From: Candidatus Paceibacter sp. | GTDB taxonomy: Bacteria > Patescibacteriota > Minisyncoccia > UBA6257 > JAGOQP01 | Direction of reading: 5' to 3' | DNA length: 64,000 bases | Assembly (NCBI GenBank): GCA_020724905.1 | Contig: DYGB01000002.1 | Span: forward strand, 29,425-93,424 | In this document: piece after piece, positions 40,796 to 49,064 of the stretch | Numbering within the stretch: position 1 is the stretch's first letter | Layout of the letters: each line of letters starts with the position of its first letter | Position numbers and translations under genes: made by a program | The notes under the pieces: generated by a model | Databases searched by the model: none | What the model saw: only the letters and a program-made list of their open reading frames with translations | What the model was told of the DNA's origin: nothing

Positions 40796-41341
40796 ATGAA
40801 CATTAAAGAGCTTGCTTCAACTGTTACTCAAACTACTTCGATGTTCCACAGTGTTTCATCGTTTGCAACTCGTGTTTTTGGTCTTCTTCTCGTTTTTCAT
40901 CGAGACGTTCTTAAGATGGAGGAGTGGAGTAAGAAAACTGGTGGATATTTTACTCTTGCTCAGGATGATGGAACTCCTCTTCTAACGTTTCGCATTGGAG
41001 CAGTTATTCCAGAAAAGACAGATAAGTATTTTCATCTTTCTTTGGAAAAAGCCAGACGTCTTGGACAAAACAAAAGTCATGGTTCTAGTTTTAAAAGTCG
41101 TGACGGAAGAAAGAGATGGGGAGGAGCTGTTCGTGGAAGAGGTCTTAATAATATTCTTTCGTTTTCTGGATTAACTGAAGTAGGTGATATGATTCTTACG
41201 TATTTTGTAGCAGAAAAACTCGGTTTTAGATCACCAGAAGAAATCAAAGCTCTTGCCGAAGGTGAAAACTTCTATGGAGAATATTCAAGGTTTAAAGATT
41301 TTATCAGTGGTTTTGAAACAACTTTAGATTTTCTACAATAA
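40796..41341 (+). CDS. Hypothetical protein, possibly GlcG/HbpS-like
   Basis: TTGACA-17-TATCAT promoter, SD AAGGAG; EKARRL, WGGAV, SFSGL.E..D. Confidence 0.7.
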   Translation: MNIKELASTVTQTTSMFHSVSSFATRVFGLLLVFHRDVLKMEEWSKKTGGYFTLAQDDGTPLLTFRIGAVIPEKTDKYFHLSLEKARRLGQNKSHGSSFKSRDGRKRWGGAVRGRGLNNILSFSGLTEVGDMILTYFVAEKLGFRSPEEIKALAEGENFYGEYSRFKDFISGFETTLDFLQ

Positions 41342-41403
41342 GTATAAGCCCCTAATATTACAGGGGCTTTTTTTAAATAAAAACCACCGCATACTACTTT
41401 AGA

Positions 41404-41601
41404 CTATTTTGCGGTGGATGAATTATTTATTCTATTCTTAATCTTTGTTTTTGTTAGAATAAATAACTTTTGGAATAAATGTAGAATAAGAAAATAATTG
41501 AATTTCCAGATTCTTACAAATGTTTTATGAGGATGTGATACTTCTTTCCAAAAACCATTGAGTGAATCAAAGGCTTTCTTTTTAAAATCTTTTTTTAACA
41601 C
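41404..41601 (-). CDS. Small hypothetical protein
   Basis: TTGACA-17-TATGAT promoter, SD AGGAGG, GTG start. Confidence 0.45.
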   Translation of the reverse strand: MLKKDFKKKAFDSLNGFWKEVSHPHKTFVRIWKFNYFLILHLFQKLFILTKTKIKNRINNSSTAK

Positions 41602-41735
41602 AAATCCTCCTATGCATTATACTACTTCTATCATACTATACCATACGTTTTCTGTCAATATTTTAAGTACTTTCTAATTATATAGATGGTGTGTTAAAAT
41701 TAATAAATGTTCTTTAATATAATGCGAGGAAATAT

Positions 41736-41915
41736 ATGAAACAGCAAATTCTATACATTGATCCTGAAATGAATCGTTTAATTGGTTTGTTGGCACAGAA
41801 CGCCACTCTTATTAGTGCGTCGGGGGTAGCTTTTCCAATCCCCTACATAAGAATAGAGAAGCGTCTTTTTCGTAAGTCTTTTAATATTATTTTAAAATTT
41901 TTAGAGACATCTTAA
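41736..41915 (+). CDS. Small hypothetical protein (59 aa, not in ORF track)
   Basis: MKQQILYIDPEMNRL...FLETS*; SD GAGGA, boxA-like motif upstream. Confidence 0.55.
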   Translation: MKQQILYIDPEMNRLIGLLAQNATLISASGVAFPIPYIRIEKRLFRKSFNIILKFLETS

Positions 41916-41931
41916 TGAAAGGAGGTTGATT

Positions 41932-42114
41932 ATGTCTGTTACAGTACCCATTCCTGATTGGATTATACAGACTTTGTTCATTGCATTAATCGTTTGTATT
42001 ATTTGTCTCCTTTTAGTTGAGAGATCAAATGATATTTTTGCTATTATTTTCTATATTTCTCACTTTGTTTGTATAGTTATCGTTGGTTGGCTTTCAAAAA
42101 AAGCTGGAGAATAA
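41932..42114 (+). CDS. Small 2-TM hypothetical protein
   Basis: SD AGGAGG; terminator AGCCCCT...AGGGGCT follows. Confidence 0.65.
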   Translation: MSVTVPIPDWIIQTLFIALIVCIICLLLVERSNDIFAIIFYISHFVCIVIVGWLSKKAGE

Positions 42115-42167
42115 AATAAAAGCCCCTAAATTAATTATAGAAGGGGCTTTTTATATATTTCCTATTT

Positions 42168-42689
42168 TTATGTTGATAGATTTATCAGTACTGAGTTAAT
42201 GAATTCAATCTTTCTTGCATAGTATTTTCTAACACTAATTCCATTTCCAGCTTCTTTTAATTCTTTGTATTCTTTTAATGCCCGTGGATTGGATTTGAGA
42301 TAATTTTCAAAGACCAAACTACGTTGCCAGTCAGGGCTACTTTCATTAATAAGAAATACATCAATGTGTTTTTTGTCTACTTCTGTTGCAAAACGAGCTC
42401 TTTTTAAAGGATATAAACTTTTTGGATTACCGAACAATTCCGTTAAAAGTAGCAAGTGGAAGTCGAAAGCCTTTTTAGAAACTGGGATAAATATGTCAAC
42501 TTCGTCTTGACCCGATATTCCTAAACTAGAGGCACCACAATGTTTTATTTCAACATCTTTAAGTTTCGCTTCTATTACAGATTTAATTTTTTCAAATTTA
42601 TTTATACAGGTCGGGTCAAAAGGAATGATTTTAACTACCTTAGTGTTTGATAAATGGTTAATCCATTGTTTTTGATCTTTGGTAAGCAT
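42168..42689 (-). CDS. GrpB (UPF0157) nucleotidyltransferase-fold protein
   Basis: HCGASSLGI.G..EVDI, F.NYL, EY.ELK, Y..RK.EFI. Confidence 0.85.
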   Translation of the reverse strand: MLTKDQKQWINHLSNTKVVKIIPFDPTCINKFEKIKSVIEAKLKDVEIKHCGASSLGISGQDEVDIFIPVSKKAFDFHLLLLTELFGNPKSLYPLKRARFATEVDKKHIDVFLINESSPDWQRSLVFENYLKSNPRALKEYKELKEAGNGISVRKYYARKIEFINSVLINLST

Positions 42690-42767
42690 AGTTAATGTAA
42701 TTGTTCTATTTTTATGCTTTCTCTTTAGTTTTTTTGAACATACTTTTCTTTGTGTAGCTTTTATCGT

Positions 42768-43175
42768 TTATGATTTTAATATTTGTTTTAATTCTTCCAA
42801 AGCTTCATCAAATGTGGACACAACTAGTCCTACTTTCTTAACGAAATTAATAGACCATTTAGGATTCCTATTTTCTTGCCAAATAATAATCATTTTGTCA
42901 CAAAAATCACCCGGTTTTTCTGTGTTATTGGCATAGAAATATCCAATTTCAATCCACGTTGCTTCTGACGGTGCGATTCCTGGATTGGCAATGAGAATGT
43001 CCGCGTTCTTAATTCCATTCAGGTCATCGGGGAAATATGTGTTTGGTGAAGTCTGGTCAGAATCAACCTCCCAATCATAAAAGTCACACTCTTGTACTGC
43101 TTTAAAGGGTTTCTTCCAATTACTATCGTGTTCATTGGATTGACCGGCTAGATAAACTTTTAATTTCTTCTTCAT
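42768..43175 (-). CDS. Nucleoside 2-deoxyribosyltransferase-like protein
   Basis: KVYLAG, DL..IKNADILIA, T..EIGY. Confidence 0.75.
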   Translation of the reverse strand: MKKKLKVYLAGQSNEHDSNWKKPFKAVQECDFYDWEVDSDQTSPNTYFPDDLNGIKNADILIANPGIAPSEATWIEIGYFYANNTEKPGDFCDKMIIIWQENRNPKWSINFVKKVGLVVSTFDEALEELKQILKS

Positions 43176-43192
43176 TCTAACTTTTAAAGTCG

Positions 43193-43750
43193 TTATTTAA
43201 TTATTTCAAGAATAGCTGATAATGCTTCCGGAAGCTTATCAAAACCTGCTGAACCGTTAAGATGCTTTCCATTTGGAATGAGTATGAGTTTGCCACCAAG
43301 TTTTTCAGCTGTTTCTTTTGCATCAGATACCGGAACGAAAGGATCATTGTCTCCGTGTATTACGATCACTTTTGGTGACTTGTTTTTTATCTTCATCCAA
43401 TCAAAATCGTCTAAAAGAAATTCTCGTATCTTTTCATTTTCATTTTGATGACATGGTGCGCTTGCTATAATAACACCTTTTATATTAGGTGAGTCATATT
43501 TTTCAAGATATCGTAAGATTGCTGTTCCACCCAAAGAATGCCCCACTAGATAAATATCATCTTCTTTGTTTTTTGTAATATGTCTTTCTATTTCTTCTAG
43601 CCATTCACTGAGCTTAGGGGCTTGTGGTGATGGCATTGGGAGCGAACAGGCATAAATGTCCTGTTTTTCGAGTTCGCTCATTAAATATGGTCTCCAGCCT
43701 CCATTTGGAGATCCTTCAAATCCATGGATAAGGAATACTTTTTTATTCAT
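43193..43750 (-). CDS. RBBP9/YdeN family alpha/beta hydrolase
   Basis: LIHGF, GHSLGG, HGDNDPFV, GKHL. Confidence 0.9.
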   Translation of the reverse strand: MNKKVFLIHGFEGSPNGGWRPYLMSELEKQDIYACSLPMPSPQAPKLSEWLEEIERHITKNKEDDIYLVGHSLGGTAILRYLEKYDSPNIKGVIIASAPCHQNENEKIREFLLDDFDWMKIKNKSPKVIVIHGDNDPFVPVSDAKETAEKLGGKLILIPNGKHLNGSAGFDKLPEALSAILEIIK

Positions 43751-43838
43751 ACGTTTAAATTATACCATAAAATTTTACCTAAATAATATGCATACAAATA
43801 AAAAGCCGCTCAGATAATCTTGAGCGGCGACAAGCTTT

Positions 43839-44366
43839 TTATTGTAAACATAAGAAAAAATGAACTTCTACAGAAGATGCATTAACAGTGGCGTAATGAA
43901 ATCTAAATTCTGCAATACCTTTAAAGAATTTGTTGATTTCTTTCAGCATTTTAAAAATTTCTTTTCCACTTTTCTTTCCTTTCGGATTAAAGTGAAAGTG
44001 AAAAATTGGAATGTCAATGTAAGTTCCTTGGGAGTCATTCCAGAACTCATTATAGTCTGAGGCAGTACCATTAAATGGATCTACATAACTACGAATGAAT
44101 AGTTCCAATAGTCGTTTTGTTTTTCCATCTTGACGAGATTTAAATCTCTTATTCAGGAATGCTCGATGTTTTTTGTATCTCTTCGTTTTGGGAATAAGTG
44201 AAAAGAGATGTCTTATTAGCTTTTTAAGCATTCTCTCTTGAGTGTCTGCGATTTTCACCAAGAACGGTTTTGCACGTTCTTGGTTTTCCTTTATTTTACC
44301 CATTTCTTCTGAAAGTATATCTTTGAAAAATGGATTTTTTTCAGGAATATAGATAAGACGGTTCAT
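43839..44366 (-). CDS. Hypothetical basic protein
   Basis: SD AGGAG, terminator GCCGCTCA..TGAGCGGC downstream. Confidence 0.65.
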   Translation of the reverse strand: MNRLIYIPEKNPFFKDILSEEMGKIKENQERAKPFLVKIADTQERMLKKLIRHLFSLIPKTKRYKKHRAFLNKRFKSRQDGKTKRLLELFIRSYVDPFNGTASDYNEFWNDSQGTYIDIPIFHFHFNPKGKKSGKEIFKMLKEINKFFKGIAEFRFHYATVNASSVEVHFFLCLQ

Positions 44367-44487
44367 TCTTATTTCTCCTATGAAGTTGTCAAATACTAGC
44401 TAAAAATAGGATAACATACACAGCAGTATCTGTAAAGGACAAGGAATTTATTTTTCTAAGAACTTTCTTTGGGTTGGCTCTATTTGG

Positions 44488-44508
44488 CTGGGTTTTTCGT
44501 ATTAGAAC
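44488..44508 (+). repeat. 21-bp dispersed repeat, copy 2
   Basis: CTGGGTTTTTCGTATTAGAAC, abutting the stop codon of the repeat-protein remnant. Confidence 0.5.
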
Positions 44509-44509
44509 T

Positions 44510-44725
44510 TTATATCTTATCCGCATGTTGAGGATATTTTTCTCTCAGTTTTTCTTTTTCTTCTTGAGAGAGTGACCTAAGTTTAAGACGTCCTCCAATA
44601 TGCTCTGGAAGAGTGAGGTTCTCCGCTGAGGTGAGGGAGTGAAAAGTAAGTATGCCCCCAACCTCCCTTGGGAGCCGTTGGAGAATTTGAAGAGTAGGTT
44701 GATGTTGTTGGATAAGAAGATAATG
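44510..44725 (-). pseudogene. C-terminal remnant of an LRR-like repeat protein
   Basis: Start-less frame: ...LPREVGGILTFHSLTSAENLTLPEHIGGRLKLRSLSQEEKEKLREKYPQHADKI*, two LP..(V/I)GG.L.(F/L).SL units. Confidence 0.65.
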
Positions 44726-44736
44726 CTAACTGATTG

Positions 44737-45786
44737 TTAGTTTATCCATATATCAATATTAAGTTTCTGATTAGTAACTTTTTCAAAATAAGTTGCAGCA
44801 ATCGCTATCCCAACAGCACTCAACTGTAACTTATTCATTAAAGTTTTACTAAAGGAGTCAAAAATTTTACTACCTGATTTTGTTTTATTTTTTAAATCTT
44901 CCTCAACTTGCGCTGTAGACGGAATCATTTTTCCGTAAATATCTTTTAATTCTTTCTTGTCTTCTTCACTAAAATTATTCTTATCTAAATAATCTTCTAG
45001 AACTTTTTGGTTTTGTGTTTTTATTACTAAATAATCATCTTCGTTTGTGGTAATAAGCGCTTTTGCTTCATTGGATAGTTTTAATTGATCAATCTTATCT
45101 TTCTCTAATCCTCTCATAAAAGGTAGCGTATAGTTCTTTTGAAAAATCTGAATAAGATTCCTGCTTAAAGCAGAAGATGATGCACATCTTGTATATTCTA
45201 AATATTGAAACTGAGAATTAGTTAAAGATGTTCCAAGAAAAGGAGTCACCATAGTTTCAAGAAAATTATCAAAATCAGCAATAGTATTTACTGGACTATT
45301 TAACGCATATAAACATATAAAAACCATAGCAAGTATATTCAGATGATCTTTAGTCAATTTGTCTGCGGTTTCGATGGACTCGTTAAAAACAATTCTTTTG
45401 ATATCTTCCTTGTCATTAGAAATTCTTTTACCCAAAAGAATGGCGAGGTTCTCATGCAATTCAACTGAGTCACTTCTGCTAGCTGCTAGTGCCGCTTTTT
45501 TAGTGATAAATTGAAAATCTGGACTGTTAATTACACTTTTTACTTCTTCCACATCAGACATGTAAGATTTTAGTTTGTCTTTTAATGCCTCGAGGAAAGA
45601 AGATTGATTTTCTGCGATTTTATCTTTTACAGGTTGGGGCAACTCTCCAAAAACTGAGCTCAGTAATTCTTTGGATAAATCTTCCACAGAACCCACTGTT
45701 AAATTAACTGTCTGATTCACAGCTATGGAATCCGCTTGAATATTAGTGGAATTATCTCTCGTCTTTTGTTTCTTTATCTCTGACAT
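44737..45786 (-). CDS. LPO_1073/Vpar_1526-like protein (Abi-alpha/DUF4393-like core)
   Basis: N-terminal Q....NSTNIQA, SPDFQF..KKA..AA.R.D...L...LA.LL..RI, QYLEY..C, L..VGIAIA, C-terminal IWIN; family recalled from motifs. Confidence 0.7.
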   Translation of the reverse strand: MSEIKKQKTRDNSTNIQADSIAVNQTVNLTVGSVEDLSKELLSSVFGELPQPVKDKIAENQSSFLEALKDKLKSYMSDVEEVKSVINSPDFQFITKKAALAASRSDSVELHENLAILLGKRISNDKEDIKRIVFNESIETADKLTKDHLNILAMVFICLYALNSPVNTIADFDNFLETMVTPFLGTSLTNSQFQYLEYTRCASSSALSRNLIQIFQKNYTLPFMRGLEKDKIDQLKLSNEAKALITTNEDDYLVIKTQNQKVLEDYLDKNNFSEEDKKELKDIYGKMIPSTAQVEEDLKNKTKSGSKIFDSFSKTLMNKLQLSAVGIAIAATYFEKVTNQKLNIDIWIN

Positions 45787-45952
45787 TTATATTTAAATTA
45801 TCACTTTGTATGTTTATACTGTTATTTCTACTCCTTTGCTTTTTTATTATTTTATTACCACCCCAAAATAACGTGGCAAATCCAATTAATATACCAACTA
45901 GCGTAAGAAATCCTCCTGCAGTTTTTATATATAAAATTAAATCATCAAACAT
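45752..45952 (-). CDS. Small single-TM protein with N/Q/S-rich C-terminal motif
   Basis: 66 aa; TM helix about residues 12-31; overlaps the next gene by 35 nt. Confidence 0.7.
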   Translation of the reverse strand: MFDDLILYIKTAGGFLTLVGILIGFATLFWGGNKIIKKQRSRNNSINIQSDNLNINVRDKETKDER

Positions 45953-45970
45953 CGTAGTTTTTATATTTTA

Positions 45971-46001
45971 TCAAAAAACTGCCCAGTTGGACAGTTTTTT
46001 G
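45971..46001. terminator. Terminator-like hairpin just upstream of the 66-aa gene
   Basis: CAAAAAACTGCCCAGTTGGACAGTTTTTTG. Confidence 0.75.
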
Positions 46002-46085
46002 TCTGGCTACAGCTCTCAGCTTATATGCAGTGTCAGAATAGGTTCTTGGGCACACGACCCTCTCAGGTCACTGTGTTTGAAGATA

Positions 46086-46106
46086 CTGGCGTTTCCGTGT
46101 TAGAAC
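46086..46106 (+). repeat. 21-bp dispersed repeat, copy 3
   Basis: CTGGCGTTTCCGTGTTAGAAC. Confidence 0.6.
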
Positions 46107-46190
46107 TTCTAAGCCATCTGTGGATAAGTGCCTACACTTTCGGTTTCTATTCGTTTATAATATAATTATAGTTAAATAATATTTATAACA

Positions 46191-47762
46191 ATGTCTACTC
46201 TTACAAAAAAACAAAAACAAGTCTTTGATTTTATAAAGAGTTATACATCGGAAAATGGTATCTCCCCTACTATAGAAGAAATCCGTAAAGGATTAAAACT
46301 GAAGGCTGTTTCTACAGTACATGAACATATAAAAACTCTTGAGGTAAAAGGGTTTATTTCAAGAGATGATGATTTTTCTAGGAACTTAAGCATAAAAAAG
46401 AACATTATATCTGTGGTACATATTCCTATCCTTGGTCATATAGCTGCGGGCCAACCAATTGAGGCTATAGAAGATTTTCAGGACACCGTATCTATTGTTG
46501 ATTCAAGAATAAAGAGTTCTGAAGGATATTATGCCCTAAGGGTTGTTGGTAATAGTATGATCGATGAAGGAATTTTTGATGGAGATATTGTTGTTATTAA
46601 AAGACAGTCCGTTGCTGACAATGGACAAACTGTTGTTGCGATAATTGATGAAAATGAGGCAACTCTTAAGAAATTATATAAGGAAAGAAGACGTTTTAGA
46701 TTAGAGCCAAGAAATCCTAATATGGAACCTTTATTTAGAACCCATGTGGAGGTTCGAGGAGTTGTAGTAAAAGTTATTAGTAATATTCAAGATGAAGTTG
46801 AGACAATTGCGAAAACAAAACACGGATTTAGAACATTGGATTTGTTTGCAGGTGTTGGGGGTATACGAATAGGTTTTGAAAATGCGGGGTTTAAAACTGT
46901 ATTTGCAAATGATTTTGAAGAAAAATGTGAATATACGTATAACCTAAATTTTAAAAAAACAAAGCTGGTGGTTGAGGACATAAGGAAAATAGGAATTGAT
47001 GATTTGCCAGAATTTGATTTTTTGTTGGGTGGATTCCCCTGCCAAGCCTTTTCCATCGCAGGTTATAGAGAAGGTTTTAATGATAAAAAAGATCGAGGCA
47101 ATTTATTTTTTGATATAGCAAGGATTATTAAAGCCAAAAGACCCGAAGGATTCTTACTTGAGAATGTTAAGAATTTAAAAAGCCATGATCAAGGAAGAAC
47201 TTTTGAGGTTATAGAAAAAACTTTAAAGGATCTCGGATATCATATTCATACAAAGGTTTTAAACACTATGGAGTATGGGAATATTCCTCAAAATAGAGAA
47301 AGAATTTATATAGTTGGATTTAAAAATAAGAACTATTTCGATAGATTTGAATTCCCCAAACCAATCAAATTAACAAAGAAGGTTGTTGACTTATTAGAGA
47401 AGGATGTTCCTGAAAAATATTACTATAATAACAAACCTCTTTACGAAAGAATAAAAAACGATGTGAAAGATAAAAACAAAGTATATCAATGGAGAAGAAA
47501 GTATGTCAGAGAAAATAAAAGTGGCGTATGTCCCACATTAACAGCAAATATGGGAATGGGTGGACACAATGTTCCAATAATTAGGGATAATAAAGGAATA
47601 CGGAAACTTACTCCATTAGAATGCTTTAGGCTCCAAGGCTTTCCTGAGGATTATAAACTTCCTAATGTTGCTGATTCTGTTTTATATAAGCAAGCTGGTA
47701 ATTCCGTTAGTGTTCCGGTTGTAGAAGCTATAGCGAAACAAATAAAAAAAATTATGAAGTAA
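46191..47762 (+). CDS. LexA repressor fused to a C5-cytosine DNA methyltransferase
   Basis: aa 1-197: wHTH (SPTIEEI, STVHEH), IAAG cleavage site, GNSM, TLKK; aa 213-523: DLFAGVGG, GFPCQ, ENV, QNRERIY, YKQAGNSV. Confidence 0.92.
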   Translation: MSTLTKKQKQVFDFIKSYTSENGISPTIEEIRKGLKLKAVSTVHEHIKTLEVKGFISRDDDFSRNLSIKKNIISVVHIPILGHIAAGQPIEAIEDFQDTVSIVDSRIKSSEGYYALRVVGNSMIDEGIFDGDIVVIKRQSVADNGQTVVAIIDENEATLKKLYKERRRFRLEPRNPNMEPLFRTHVEVRGVVVKVISNIQDEVETIAKTKHGFRTLDLFAGVGGIRIGFENAGFKTVFANDFEEKCEYTYNLNFKKTKLVVEDIRKIGIDDLPEFDFLLGGFPCQAFSIAGYREGFNDKKDRGNLFFDIARIIKAKRPEGFLLENVKNLKSHDQGRTFEVIEKTLKDLGYHIHTKVLNTMEYGNIPQNRERIYIVGFKNKNYFDRFEFPKPIKLTKKVVDLLEKDVPEKYYYNNKPLYERIKNDVKDKNKVYQWRRKYVRENKSGVCPTLTANMGMGGHNVPIIRDNKGIRKLTPLECFRLQGFPEDYKLPNVADSVLYKQAGNSVSVPVVEAIAKQIKKIMK

Positions 47763-47768
47763 GTTTTT

Positions 47769-48818
47769 CTATTTTTCTGTTTTATAGAATTTATCAAACT
47801 CTTTGATCATTTTATTCGTAGAATCTTTAGCAAATATCTCAAAAGAGTTCTTTATCGCTAGATTCTCATTCCAACTTGAGCTTCTTTTAAATTCTGAAAG
47901 CTCTACTCTTACATAACCTGGGGACACCTTCTTTCCGTTAATAGAAATAGACCTTGGGGTTTTTAAATAAAAAGACCCTTTGTTTTGTTTAATGATTGTA
48001 ACTTCTTTTAAATTACCTTCAATAGCAATTGGTAAAAATTTAGAGTCACGAAAATTATAAGTGAATTTCTTGTTCTCCACTCTTATAGGTTTGCTTTTCC
48101 CTGCCCTTACTACTTTATTTACATTTGAGACACTTTTTACATACCATGGGCTAACCTTTGGCTTACAGGATATAGTATGTTCCAAAATTTGGTTTTTAGT
48201 GTATGTACCTATTAATCTGAAACTTCCTATGGTTTTTGCTGGATGGGGTTCTTCTGGATTTATAATGTTTGAATTCTTATCTGATTTTATAAAGATGGGG
48301 TTAATCTTTAGTAAGTCTAAATTTTTTGGATTAAAAACTTCTTTATCAAAAATAGTAGTTAAATAATCTGGGGATAGATCAGATTCAACGAAAACATAGA
48401 AATCATCAATCATTTGTGGTTGCCTGACTCCCATTAAGTATTGTCCTTTTCTAAATACTTTAACTTCTACTCGAGGACGTTTTTTTATAGTTTCCCATTT
48501 CCCATCGTTGTATTGAACAAAAGGGATTATTCTTCTCTTATCCTTTATCCCAATAACATCTGGCGCATTTTTTTCTGATGAATTGTTGTACAAGAAATAA
48601 TCAGGAATAACACTATATGGTTTATCTTTAAAAAGAACGTCAAAAACGACAGTTTCAGCAAGCTTATTAAGCCACCGTTCGATAAATCCTCCGATTAAAT
48701 CTCTTTTAGAGGAAGTCCCTTGGAGATGAAGTGAATCGGAGTTATATTTCATTAATATGAAATATATTGTTCTAATCAGTTCTTCTTTTGTTACTTCTAT
48801 TTTGGGATATTTACTCAT
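47769..48818 (-). CDS. Putative type II restriction endonuclease
   Basis: Convergent with the MTase; APDV...VEVK fits PD-(D/E)xK; very basic. Confidence 0.6.
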   Translation of the reverse strand: MSKYPKIEVTKEELIRTIYFILMKYNSDSLHLQGTSSKRDLIGGFIERWLNKLAETVVFDVLFKDKPYSVIPDYFLYNNSSEKNAPDVIGIKDKRRIIPFVQYNDGKWETIKKRPRVEVKVFRKGQYLMGVRQPQMIDDFYVFVESDLSPDYLTTIFDKEVFNPKNLDLLKINPIFIKSDKNSNIINPEEPHPAKTIGSFRLIGTYTKNQILEHTISCKPKVSPWYVKSVSNVNKVVRAGKSKPIRVENKKFTYNFRDSKFLPIAIEGNLKEVTIIKQNKGSFYLKTPRSISINGKKVSPGYVRVELSEFKRSSSWNENLAIKNSFEIFAKDSTNKMIKEFDKFYKTEK

Positions 48819-49064
48819 TAAGATAGAGCATATACCCTTATTGACATAAAATCAATTTAGCAGTAAAGAATCACCTTCTTTAAAGTATGCATGGGCAGTA
48901 TAAATGACTTGCTTCCGTTTTGTTTTACGTACTCATATTAAACCTATTCTATCTTTAACAAGCTCTAGGGGTTGTAAATTAGTTTGTCCGTTCGGAATTA
49001 TTTGAGTGGTAAACAAATTATCCCTTCCCTAATTCATATTACCATTAATAAAACCAGCAACAGT

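Noticed and set aside
33037-44400. Classical integron cassette array
   Set aside because: No intI and no regular attC after each gene; many genes are operonic or have their own promoters.
46000-46075. TPP riboswitch or hammerhead ribozyme (CTGAGA motifs)
   Set aside because: Lacks the TPP CCTGA...AATnCCnGCGnAGG half and the hammerhead CUGANGA/GAAA junction; kept only as an unnamed structured RNA.
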